This document shows, piece after piece, positions 19,061 to 27,566 of a stretch of 64,000 nt of DNA. Both the position numbers and the translations under genes were made by a program. Source of the DNA: a virus; IMG/VR virus record IMGVR_UViG_3300028920_000043, positions 47,211-111,210 of that record; one strand, given 5' to 3'. Below the pieces are notes generated by a model that saw only the letters and a list, made by a program, of their open reading frames with translations, ran no database searches and was not told the DNA's origin. Each line of letters starts with the position of its first letter. Position 1 is the stretch's first letter.

Positions 19061-19771
19061 TTATCCCACCCTCAATCCTCTCCACTTACTACTATCCAAA
19101 GACGTATCGGGAGGAACATTGAATTGGACATCTTGTATTGACATTTCTTTTACTTCCGGAGATAATCTCTTTGCCAGATCATAAAAGGATTTTCTTGTGG
19201 TACCTATATGAATAAGTCCTAATATATCTTTCCTCACCGCTTTGATAATCTCCTTAGCAATAACATCCACGGTATCGAAGGATGTAAACTTATCAATGAA
19301 TGCTCCCGGATAAGGCCATTTATCTTTAGAACAAAAAGATGTCCTAATAATTAAACCATTCGGATAATTCTCTACTGCTACTTCTCCCAATCTTTTTGTC
19401 ACTGCATAAAAATTAACTGGATGAGGTAAGTCATTTTCTTTATACATCCCTCCTTCTTTTAATCCATCGAAGACATAATCAGTAGATATATAGATCAATG
19501 GAATATCATATGCCGAACAAATCTTGACCAGATTTTCGGTACCGACTTTATTTACTTGAATTGCCGCATCTTTGTTCTGATCACACACCGGAGGAGACGT
19601 AAGAGCAGCACAATGCAAAACCTTATCAGGTTTATGCATTACTATCTCCTTCTTTGCTTTGTCAAAGTTGGTAACATCCAGTATAGAACGTGCTGGATAG
19701 TACCATTCGGAACGCTGAGCTTTCAGCTCTGTTCCCAATAATCCTGAACCACCGGTTACTAAGACTTTCAT
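19061..19771 (-). CDS. rmlD: dTDP-4-dehydrorhamnose reductase-like SDR
   Basis: TGGSGLLG, HCAALT, YISTDYVFDG, P.N.YAVTK and IIRTS motifs. Confidence 0.9.
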   Translation of the reverse strand: MKVLVTGGSGLLGTELKAQRSEWYYPARSILDVTNFDKAKKEIVMHKPDKVLHCAALTSPPVCDQNKDAAIQVNKVGTENLVKICSAYDIPLIYISTDYVFDGLKEGGMYKENDLPHPVNFYAVTKRLGEVAVENYPNGLIIRTSFCSKDKWPYPGAFIDKFTSFDTVDVIAKEIIKAVRKDILGLIHIGTTRKSFYDLAKRLSPEVKEMSIQDVQFNVPPDTSLDSSKWRGLRVG

Positions 19772-19775
19772 GGCA

Positions 19776-20336
19776 TTATCTCACTCTATGTTTTGCTATA
19801 CTGCCTATGAATCCTACTTCATGTACTATATTGAATAAATGCTTTCTGGCAAACTCCAGAGTTATATTCATAGGCCCCAATTCATTTCTTAAGGTTGCAG
19901 GACTCTTGACATAGTGATACTCAAATCTTTCCAGAACGAAAGGTAAAGTACCCGCCGTAAACCATGCGTCTGAAAAGTTACAAGAAATATGCTCAAATAC
20001 AGTTTCCGAGAGTGCATACTTATGACCAGGACAAAGTGCCATATCATTTCGCGCACATGGTACCCAAAGTTCCAAACGAGCTCTATCTCTGCATACTCTC
20101 ACTATCTCATGGAGTATAGGTTGAAGAGGATCGATATGCTCCAGAAAGTGAGAAGAATAAATCTCACCAACACAGTTATCTGGCAGTGGTATTCCCTTTG
20201 TCAAATCACAAACATGATCCACTCCTGGAAGTTGGCAAAAATCGAATCCGAAATAGCCTTCACGTTTTTTGCTACCGCATCCCAAATCTATCTTTTCTAC
20301 ATTATGCTCTTTCGGATCTATAAACCCTGATGGCAT
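19776..20336 (-). CDS. SAM-dependent methyltransferase (type 11-like)
   Basis: IDLGCG.KK..GY.G.D, DLTKGIPLPDN...IYSSHFLEH and EIVRV motifs. Confidence 0.88.
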   Translation of the reverse strand: MPSGFIDPKEHNVEKIDLGCGSKKREGYFGFDFCQLPGVDHVCDLTKGIPLPDNCVGEIYSSHFLEHIDPLQPILHEIVRVCRDRARLELWVPCARNDMALCPGHKYALSETVFEHISCNFSDAWFTAGTLPFVLERFEYHYVKSPATLRNELGPMNITLEFARKHLFNIVHEVGFIGSIAKHRVR

Positions 20337-23044
20337 TCTCTGATCCTCTCTCTTGATTGTTTTCTTGTATTCAATTGCTTCTCCCATCTCTTTCGGAATA
20401 TCAATGCATCAGAATCCGACTGCAGTCCCGAACGACTAAGAGACTCAAAATGAAATCCCTTAGACCAGGGAGTATACATAATCTTATATCCTTTTGATTT
20501 TGCTTTCATGCAGAAGTCAATATCGTTGAACTCAATCGCCATCTTCTCATCGAGTACAACTCCATCTTCCAATACTTTTATATTGATTAATGCACAAGCA
20601 AACGTAACAGCGTCCACCTCCCTTACAAAGTTAACGGCTGAAGAATTACAATCGAATTGGTAGTAATCGTGAATAGCACCTATATCCGATACCAAGCTGA
20701 CTCCTGCATGCTGAATTCTATAACCATTCAGTATCCATGAGAAGTTAAAGAACATAGGCGCTCCTAAAGAATGCTTCAAAGGATATAATAATTGAGATCC
20801 GACTATGCCCACTTTCTCATCTTGTGTTACAATAGATAAGAGTTCATACAACCAACCTGGTCCAACTATCACGTCATCATTAAGCAACACCACATGAGTA
20901 TAGCCCTTGGGGATATTATCTAGCAAGAAATTATTCATCTTCGAATAATTGAACTGCTCCTTCCATTCCCAATTAGTATATCCATTTGCTTCGATGATCT
21001 TATGGTTCGCCATCGTTCCGGGTGAGTCGTCAATATGATGGTGCATAACAAAGACATGATAATCCAATCCGACCGTTTCACGTTGAACCGAATCCAAACA
21101 CGCTTTGAAATGCTGCGTCTTGTCCTTCGTCAAGATAAGTATGGCTACTTTTGGCTTTCCAATCACATCTCGATAGACGCGATAGAATCCGGCAGTCGAT
21201 GTAGGCAAAAGTGATCCCTTGAAGTTGACTCGCTTCATAGAATCACGAACTGCTTTCTTTGCAAACTCATGAGCAAGCAGTTGTGGTTCGGCGCGCCCTG
21301 ACGATGTATTGCTTCCGTGTATTCGCCAGTCAACCAATATCTTTGGAATGTGTCCGATCTCGTTGTCCTTCAGTGCTTCGGTTATCCTCAAGATGAAATC
21401 ATAGTCTTGAGATCCTTCATACTCCGGCCGCGGATAACCTACTTTCTTGATTAACTTTCGGTCAAAGCATTTGAAGTGATTAATAAACATTCCTTGCCAA
21501 AAGAAATCACGATTCCAATCCGGCTTCAATACCTTCTCGAATACCTTACCGGATGCATCTATCTTCTGCTCGTTTGTATAAATCAAACGGTACCGCGGAT
21601 TGTCCTCAGCAAACTTCTCTATGCTCGCGAGTAAATTGGTATGTGCAATGTCATCCGAATCCAGGAATCCAATGAAATCGCCAGTTGCTTCTTCCAATGC
21701 TTTCTTCGTTGCAACAGGTATGCCTGAATTCTTTTTCAGATTGAATAACTTTATCCGTTCATCCTTCTCACTTATATGCTCTAGCAAATCCGAAGTGGAT
21801 TTATTTGAACCATCATTTACTATTATCAACTCCCAATTAGTATAGGTTTGATCCAATACGGAATTGACCATATCACGCAAATACTTTTCCGGAGTGTTGT
21901 AACAAGGAGTGATTATAGAAAACTTAAGATCGCCCGACCTCTTTTCTGGTTCATTGGATATAAAAGCCGTATCCACATTCTCAACTAAATCCACTACCGG
22001 TTTGCATCTATCCGCATAATCAAAGAATGAAAAGCGTTTGGCGAATCTGGCGCTTATTTCCGCTTGTGTAGGATCGTCCGGAGCATTTAATACTTTATTT
22101 ACTTTATCCGCCAATATCTCAAAATCTTTTAAGGGTGCATAAGTTACCAATCCCCCAAATACTTCCTGATACACAGGCAGATCAAATGCAACCACCGGTG
22201 TTCCACAATACAACGCTTCCGCCACTGTCAATCCAAACCCTTCAAAGCACGATGGTGCAGCAAATACCTTTGCGCGCTTCAATGCTTTGAACTTATCTGC
22301 ATCATTGCTACCATCAAAGTATCTGACTTCATATCCTTTTGACTGCGCCGCCGCCTCTATTGCTTCGCGCTCTCCATTGGCCATCTGAGTCGTAAAGATA
22401 TCAAGATACGTCTGATCCTCTACACGTTTAAGGGATCTCACCAATTTCTGGAAGCCTTTGTGCGCCGCACTCCTTCCAACCATGAGAATGCTATTATCGC
22501 GTTTCTTGGGTTTTGGTGCCTTGTCTGCGGCTAAAGAATTGATTGCTGGAGGAATGATAAGCTGAGTAGCTTTAGATTCTGAATACCACTCATTAAAATA
22601 CTTCTTACCTTCCTCTGTGGAATGAATAATTACTGAGGCATCACTGAGAGCATTTCTCGTACCCTTCCAGAAATCATCTACCGTGTCATATCCTTCTCCA
22701 CGATACTCACGCATCCAATTAGGAGTATCAAAGAATAAGGCTACTAATGGTATTTGCTTGGAACGGGCGAAGTATGAAGCGTGCTCAAGGCCTTTGTATG
22801 GAGTTCCAATTACAAAGTCAAACTCATGGAAAAGAAATTCCTTTCCCCAATTTTCTCCTTCTATCCATGAGATTCTTCTTACCGCTTCATACCCAAAGAA
22901 GTCGGAATGAAAGGATGGCATTAAGTTAGTTACATAGAAAACATCAATTCCACTGTTTGCCAATGACAATGCAAACAGTAAAGCATGATAACGCCCTCCG
23001 GTATACTTGCCCCGGAAGTTCTCGGAAAATAAGATCGCTTTCAT
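20318..23044 (-). CDS. tri-domain glycosyltransferase (GT4 + GT2 + GT2)
   Basis: GT4: HKG...PS.FEGFGL..AEAL..GTPVVAFD. First GT2: SIITPCYNT..WELIIVNDGS..FLDSDD..GSQDYD. Second GT2: AILILTKD..FNYS..LLNDD..AVTFAC..NDIDFC. Confidence 0.93.
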   Translation of the reverse strand: MKAILFSENFRGKYTGGRYHALLFALSLANSGIDVFYVTNLMPSFHSDFFGYEAVRRISWIEGENWGKEFLFHEFDFVIGTPYKGLEHASYFARSKQIPLVALFFDTPNWMREYRGEGYDTVDDFWKGTRNALSDASVIIHSTEEGKKYFNEWYSESKATQLIIPPAINSLAADKAPKPKKRDNSILMVGRSAAHKGFQKLVRSLKRVEDQTYLDIFTTQMANGEREAIEAAAQSKGYEVRYFDGSNDADKFKALKRAKVFAAPSCFEGFGLTVAEALYCGTPVVAFDLPVYQEVFGGLVTYAPLKDFEILADKVNKVLNAPDDPTQAEISARFAKRFSFFDYADRCKPVVDLVENVDTAFISNEPEKRSGDLKFSIITPCYNTPEKYLRDMVNSVLDQTYTNWELIIVNDGSNKSTSDLLEHISEKDERIKLFNLKKNSGIPVATKKALEEATGDFIGFLDSDDIAHTNLLASIEKFAEDNPRYRLIYTNEQKIDASGKVFEKVLKPDWNRDFFWQGMFINHFKCFDRKLIKKVGYPRPEYEGSQDYDFILRITEALKDNEIGHIPKILVDWRIHGSNTSSGRAEPQLLAHEFAKKAVRDSMKRVNFKGSLLPTSTAGFYRVYRDVIGKPKVAILILTKDKTQHFKACLDSVQRETVGLDYHVFVMHHHIDDSPGTMANHKIIEANGYTNWEWKEQFNYSKMNNFLLDNIPKGYTHVVLLNDDVIVGPGWLYELLSIVTQDEKVGIVGSQLLYPLKHSLGAPMFFNFSWILNGYRIQHAGVSLVSDIGAIHDYYQFDCNSSAVNFVREVDAVTFACALINIKVLEDGVVLDEKMAIEFNDIDFCMKAKSKGYKIMYTPWSKGFHFESLSRSGLQSDSDALIFRKRWEKQLNTRKQSRERIRECHQGL

Positions 23045-23082
23045 TTAATATTATCCTTGTCTTCATTTTAGCAATCCAACAT

Positions 23083-23125
23083 AAAAGAAAAACGAAAGGA
23101 GAGCGGCTGGTGAGGGCCGCTCCCC
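23083..23125 (-). terminator. intrinsic terminator downstream of the major capsid gene
   Basis: Minus strand reads GGGGAGCGGC-cctcacca-GCCGCTCTCC followed by a T-rich tract. Confidence 0.8.
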
Positions 23126-23150
23126 TTCCTAGAGGCGGAACAGAATCCTA

Positions 23151-24122
23151 TTAGGATGCTGAGGGCTGTTCCAGACTGTCGACCAGGCACAATGCGTCCT
23201 GCCACCTGACCACGAAGTCCAGGCGCTCAGAAACCACATAGCGCATCTGATCTGTTGCGATCTCCTCATCCGAACGAATCTTGATGAGGCGCCGATCACC
23301 AATAACCGGCGATTCTTTCAGAAGGACAATTGCTTTTCCTTCCGGAGCGAAACCACTCTCGACTACGGGCACGCCGTAGACGTTTGTGATCTGGCCGGTG
23401 GTGATTGTTGCTGCCGGGCCGTACTTGTCGACCGTGTTGATCTTGCTGTCTTCGCGCAACTGGTACGCGGAGTAGCTGTTCACAACACAAACCAGCCGAC
23501 CTTTGTTCCGGCCGTACTTGCCGAGACGATAGATCGCCTCATTGATATGGCTTGTGGTCATGGGATTGCCACCCGCATCCACCGGCGTTGCGGCACCAGC
23601 TTCACCTGCATAGGTGAAAATACCTTTGAAGGCCAGCCGTGCATCTTTGCTGTACCACGTGGTACTGGTAGCCGCGCTCTCATCATTGGTGAGAGGCGTG
23701 TGGGACGGATCGCCTTCCATGAAAGCCATCTCTTCAGCTTCCGCTGCCGCCAGCGAAAACTCTTCCAGGATGATATCCACAATATCAGGCTGGGAATCTT
23801 CAATCAGCTCTGTATCCAGGAGAACCTGAGACATGAGCTTCTTGGCAATCATCTGAACCGTGCCAGATGTGATACCGGTCTCAACTGCCGTGCTGCCTTC
23901 AGTTGCATAGTACACCTTGGCGCCTGAGGTCTTCTTCGGCAGATTGAAAGTCTTGGCCGGCATCTTGATTTCCCGGAACAACTGCCGTCCGAAATTGAGA
24001 TCTCGGATATTGTCAATGATTTCCATTGCCAACGGGGTCGGCAGGAAATCCGGCAGATCCGAAGTGCCAAGAGCCTTCTGAAGAACCATATCAGACTGGC
24101 TCGCTTTTTTCTTGCGCTTCAT
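23151..24122 (-). CDS. major capsid protein, HK97 fold
   Basis: LPTPLAMEII, EGSTAVE, AKKL....L..ELIEDS, AEE.AF.EGD, GQITNVYGVPV and ERLDF motifs; GC3-rich codon usage typical of a highly expressed gene. Confidence 0.95.
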   Translation of the reverse strand: MKRKKKASQSDMVLQKALGTSDLPDFLPTPLAMEIIDNIRDLNFGRQLFREIKMPAKTFNLPKKTSGAKVYYATEGSTAVETGITSGTVQMIAKKLMSQVLLDTELIEDSQPDIVDIILEEFSLAAAEAEEMAFMEGDPSHTPLTNDESAATSTTWYSKDARLAFKGIFTYAGEAGAATPVDAGGNPMTTSHINEAIYRLGKYGRNKGRLVCVVNSYSAYQLREDSKINTVDKYGPAATITTGQITNVYGVPVVESGFAPEGKAIVLLKESPVIGDRRLIKIRSDEEIATDQMRYVVSERLDFVVRWQDALCLVDSLEQPSAS

Positions 24123-24229
24123 CGAATGATACCTCCGTCTTGGTTAAAAAAGGTTTTGAAATAATGACCAACTACAATCACTTACTTACCGTTTTGTTTT
24201 TCAGCCTCCGCTTTTATTTAACGTTTGGC

Positions 24230-25615
24230 TTATTCGCCACGGTGTCCGGTGATATAGCTGTCCATCATTTTCTTCTTGAAAGCCTTCTGTTTGCTTTCGT
24301 CCATTTTCTTGAACTCGTCGGACTCCACAAACTCCTGTGCATCCTCCCAGCTCATTTCTTCATCGGAGTCATCTTCTTCGTCCTCTGCATCCTCTGACTT
24401 GTTGATCTCCGACTTGCGAATCCGACCCTTGCGATCCGGAACGATCTGGAGTTTCTTGCACATCTTTTCACTGACCATGTCTGCCAGCTTCTCCATGTCA
24501 AGCTCTTCCTTCTCGTCACCGGCTTCAGATTTCTTGATCTTCTTGTCCTTTTTGGACTTTGAAGATTTCTTGACGGATTTCTTGTCCTTCTCGTCATCAT
24601 CTCCATCTTCCAGGCCAACAAGAAGGTTTGTCAGATTCTGAAGCTCCTTGCGGGCTTCTTTATCCTTAACCATTCCCATCAGCTTGCCAACGGACATGAG
24701 AGATTTGGACAGAGTAGAAAGACCTTTCTCAACATCATCTTTCTCGTCCTTGTCGTCATCTGACTCCTCATCGTCCGATGAATCATCATCCGATGAATCA
24801 TCTTCCTCAGAGTCATCTGAATCTTCCTCATCCGAATCATCGGAATCGTCTTCCTCATCATCCGAGTCATCGTCTTCCTCCTCTTCATCACCGGCCTTCT
24901 CATCATCTTCCTTCTTCGCGTCATCGTCACCGGCTTTGTCATCGTCCTTCTCGTCCTCTTTCTCTTCGTCCTCTTTCTTTTTGTCCTTCTCGTCCTTCTC
25001 GTCCTCTTCCTGCTTCTTGAGGTCTTTCTTTTTCTGCTCCTCATCCTCCTCATTCTTCTGTTTGATCTGCTTGCGAACTTCGCTGATCTTGCCTGCCATG
25101 AGTGTACCTCCTTCTTCCTTCCAATCAGTAATGGCTTTTTCGATATACCAGCGAATACTTTTGGCTTTAGGATTCGCTGGAACGGATACAAGTGAAACCT
25201 CGGTCAAGTACATCTCCTTGATGACCTGAATGACCTTCTTTGCTTCTTCGATATATTCCTCAGCGGCGTCAAGAACTTTTCCCTTGATGGAGAACTTGTT
25301 AAGAACTCCTTCTGTAATCTTTTTCCAGATTGCGGGAACAGTTTTGGAGATTAAAACCTTGATCCACAAACCATTATCCTTGACCTTGCTCTTCAAAACC
25401 TTACCAATTTCCTCATCAAGGTTATGGTTTCTCAAGACCGTAGAATTGTGTTCAAGATCTTTCTCGGAATTCTTGAGCGCCTCTTTGAGAATCTTATCTC
25501 CCTGAAGGTCGATGTCCGTGGTAGCCGCGTAGCCTTCAATAATCCAAAGCCCTTCTTCGTCTTCATAAGACTTAATGATGTTTAGATCAACATCAAAAGG
25601 GATTGCTACCTTCAT
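24230..25615 (-). CDS. prohead maturation protease (HK97/S78-type) fused to an acidic scaffold-like region
   Basis: IEGYAAT..IDLQGD, LRNH....IGKV, FSIKG and EVSLVSVPANP motifs, then a long D/E/K/S low-complexity tail. Confidence 0.92.
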   Translation of the reverse strand: MKVAIPFDVDLNIIKSYEDEEGLWIIEGYAATTDIDLQGDKILKEALKNSEKDLEHNSTVLRNHNLDEEIGKVLKSKVKDNGLWIKVLISKTVPAIWKKITEGVLNKFSIKGKVLDAAEEYIEEAKKVIQVIKEMYLTEVSLVSVPANPKAKSIRWYIEKAITDWKEEGGTLMAGKISEVRKQIKQKNEEDEEQKKKDLKKQEEDEKDEKDKKKEDEEKEDEKDDDKAGDDDAKKEDDEKAGDEEEEDDDSDDEEDDSDDSDEEDSDDSEEDDSSDDDSSDDEESDDDKDEKDDVEKGLSTLSKSLMSVGKLMGMVKDKEARKELQNLTNLLVGLEDGDDDEKDKKSVKKSSKSKKDKKIKKSEAGDEKEELDMEKLADMVSEKMCKKLQIVPDRKGRIRKSEINKSEDAEDEEDDSDEEMSWEDAQEFVESDEFKKMDESKQKAFKKKMMDSYITGHRGE

Positions 25616-25712
25616 CTTAACCTCCTTAAAAACTTTTGAACCACAAGAGTTCTCGGCGTCGCTCGATTAAAAATAAGAGTTCTCGATTTCTTCAATTCAA
25701 AATCCTATATTA

Positions 25713-27197
25713 TCATTTCGTAATATTGCCCGAGATTCTTAAATCTATCTCTCGGTTCTTTATTAAATCCAGCAGACGTTTGCGAATATCCAACTGCTCA
25801 GATCCTGATAGTCTCCAATATTCATAGCCTTCCGGAATTCGTTTTTTGATCTCACTGGGTAGTGCGGAAACGCCAAGAGGCGTAGTATACTCTTTATCTA
25901 TTACTGACTGTGTCAGTATTGAAGGCATTTGGTCGATGGGTTTCACTGCTAACCATAATGGTCCGCGTATATGATTGCAACTCGGAAGTGCCTGTTCCTT
26001 CCGCAGAAATGAGAATAACTTGCTTTCCAAAACATCCAAGGTCAGCTCTGTTATCTCTTGTTTCTGGAACCACATCTCGAATTGAATAGTATTACTTCCC
26101 AACCGTCTGTCTACATATCCTGAAATCGTTCCTAACAGATCATATAAGGAAGAAACACCTGTCTCACTGTAAAGAGTTTCTTTATCAAATGTACTTGCTA
26201 AGCCCTCCTCTCTTTCTCGTTGTTCTAACATGGCATCAAATGCTTGATAGCCTATTATAGGTTTACACAATTTATAAAAAGATTTCAGTGCTTCAGTACC
26301 AACAGTTATCCTTCTCAGGATAATGCGAAAGTTCAAAGCACTGCCCTTTAAGAAATACTCATGAGAAAGGAATTGTTGAATACCAAAGTCTATTGATCCA
26401 GAATCCACTACTGAAATGATTCCGGCAGTCTTATCTTCAGCATCAATAAATCCCTCATGCTTCATGGTGTCGATAGATTCTGGGATTCCTTTTTGAGCAA
26501 AGACCGATGTATTTATGACTCCGGATTGACTTGTTTCCGAAATCCATTTCCCACTCTCCCAATCTATCCTCCAATTATCAGAATCCAAATCGTTCTGTTT
26601 TGCACGTTCAAGCGTATCGGTAGGCTTTTCAAAGGAAAGACGTTTCTGATCCTCCAATTTCCAGCATAAGCATTTCTTGCTGTCCTTGGATGTGATTTTA
26701 AGATATGATTTAACTGAAGCATCTTTATAGATATGATGAACGCAAAAAAGAAAGTCATTCGATTCCGATGGATATTGAGAATACAAATCTCCTGCTTTTG
26801 CAAAATCTAAATCCCCCGGATTCCGCAGATCGATCTCAAAACCTTTTTCCGATACATACGAATAATTCAGAAGCTTTCGATATAGAATCATATTGCTAAT
26901 TATTCGATCTGATGCCGCTATGATATATCTGCCTGCTTTATCTATCTCGAGAGCTCCTGTTACCACGCGCTTTACAGCATCAAGAGATTTCGCTTTTATA
27001 ATGAGTGAGGGCCCCTTCGCTGTTTGTTTTAGAATCAAAAACTCTTGACTATCGTAAGGCTTTGAATCCCCACGCCCATTGGACATTGCAGTAAGTTGAG
27101 TAATGGCAGTGTCTTCATTGGATCCGAGACTTTTTATCGTACCATCCGGTTGCAATGTCAAATAATTATTACTTGCAAGGGCAACCTCTACACCCAT
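25713..27197 (-). CDS. hypothetical head-module protein, possibly with a degenerate LigD phosphoesterase-like domain
   Basis: 494-aa ORF; weak pattern FCVHH....SV..YLKI...W.L and VVDSG....G....HEYFLKG..L..RI.LRR. Confidence 0.5.
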   Translation of the reverse strand: MGVEVALASNNYLTLQPDGTIKSLGSNEDTAITQLTAMSNGRGDSKPYDSQEFLILKQTAKGPSLIIKAKSLDAVKRVVTGALEIDKAGRYIIAASDRIISNMILYRKLLNYSYVSEKGFEIDLRNPGDLDFAKAGDLYSQYPSESNDFLFCVHHIYKDASVKSYLKITSKDSKKCLCWKLEDQKRLSFEKPTDTLERAKQNDLDSDNWRIDWESGKWISETSQSGVINTSVFAQKGIPESIDTMKHEGFIDAEDKTAGIISVVDSGSIDFGIQQFLSHEYFLKGSALNFRIILRRITVGTEALKSFYKLCKPIIGYQAFDAMLEQREREEGLASTFDKETLYSETGVSSLYDLLGTISGYVDRRLGSNTIQFEMWFQKQEITELTLDVLESKLFSFLRKEQALPSCNHIRGPLWLAVKPIDQMPSILTQSVIDKEYTTPLGVSALPSEIKKRIPEGYEYWRLSGSEQLDIRKRLLDLIKNREIDLRISGNITK

Positions 27198-27214
27198 GAT
27201 TATTCCTCAAATTA

Positions 27215-27319
27215 TTCAAATTGAGCTAGTTCATTAGCTTTCATGCGTGAAAGCTTTTGAACTGGCTCTGTCCGAAACTTTCAAATTGGCCTAGTTCATT
27301 AGCTTTCATGCGTGAAAGC
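27215..27319. repeat. palindromic element pair, copies 2-3 (cores 27237-27254 and 27302-27319), 65-bp period
   Basis: Direct repeat ttcaaattg..ctagttcattaGCTTTCATGCGTGAAAGC, twice. Confidence 0.92.
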
Positions 27320-27381
27320 CAGTAATCTGGGAATCTTTGTGTTTATATCTTAATCGAACAGTCCCAGGTTATTCTTAAATT

Positions 27382-27552
27382 TTATCCTTCAGTCTCTTCG
27401 CCAAATTCCTTAGGACGTTTTTTTCTACGTTTTAAGAGCCAAAGCTGAGACTCATCAGACGAATCCAATAAACCTACAACTCCTGGTTCCCGTTCTTTCT
27501 CATACTTCAACTGATCTTGATACATCTCATCAAACTTTTTCTTTGCCATCAT
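27382..27552 (-). CDS. 56-aa protein downstream of the MuF-ART gene (candidate immunity/partner protein; absent from the ORF track)
   Basis: MMAKKKFDEMYQDQLKYEKEREPGVVGLLDSSDESQLWLLKRRKKRPKEFGEETEG; starts 14 nt after the MuF stop, preceded by AGGA. Confidence 0.5.
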   Translation of the reverse strand: MMAKKKFDEMYQDQLKYEKEREPGVVGLLDSSDESQLWLLKRRKKRPKEFGEETEG

Positions 27553-27566
27553 AGATTTCCTATAGA

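Noticed and set aside
24276-25505. Plus-strand Ser-rich ORFs (e.g. 24648..25229)
   Set aside because: Antisense shadows of the Asp/Glu-rich protease-scaffold gene.
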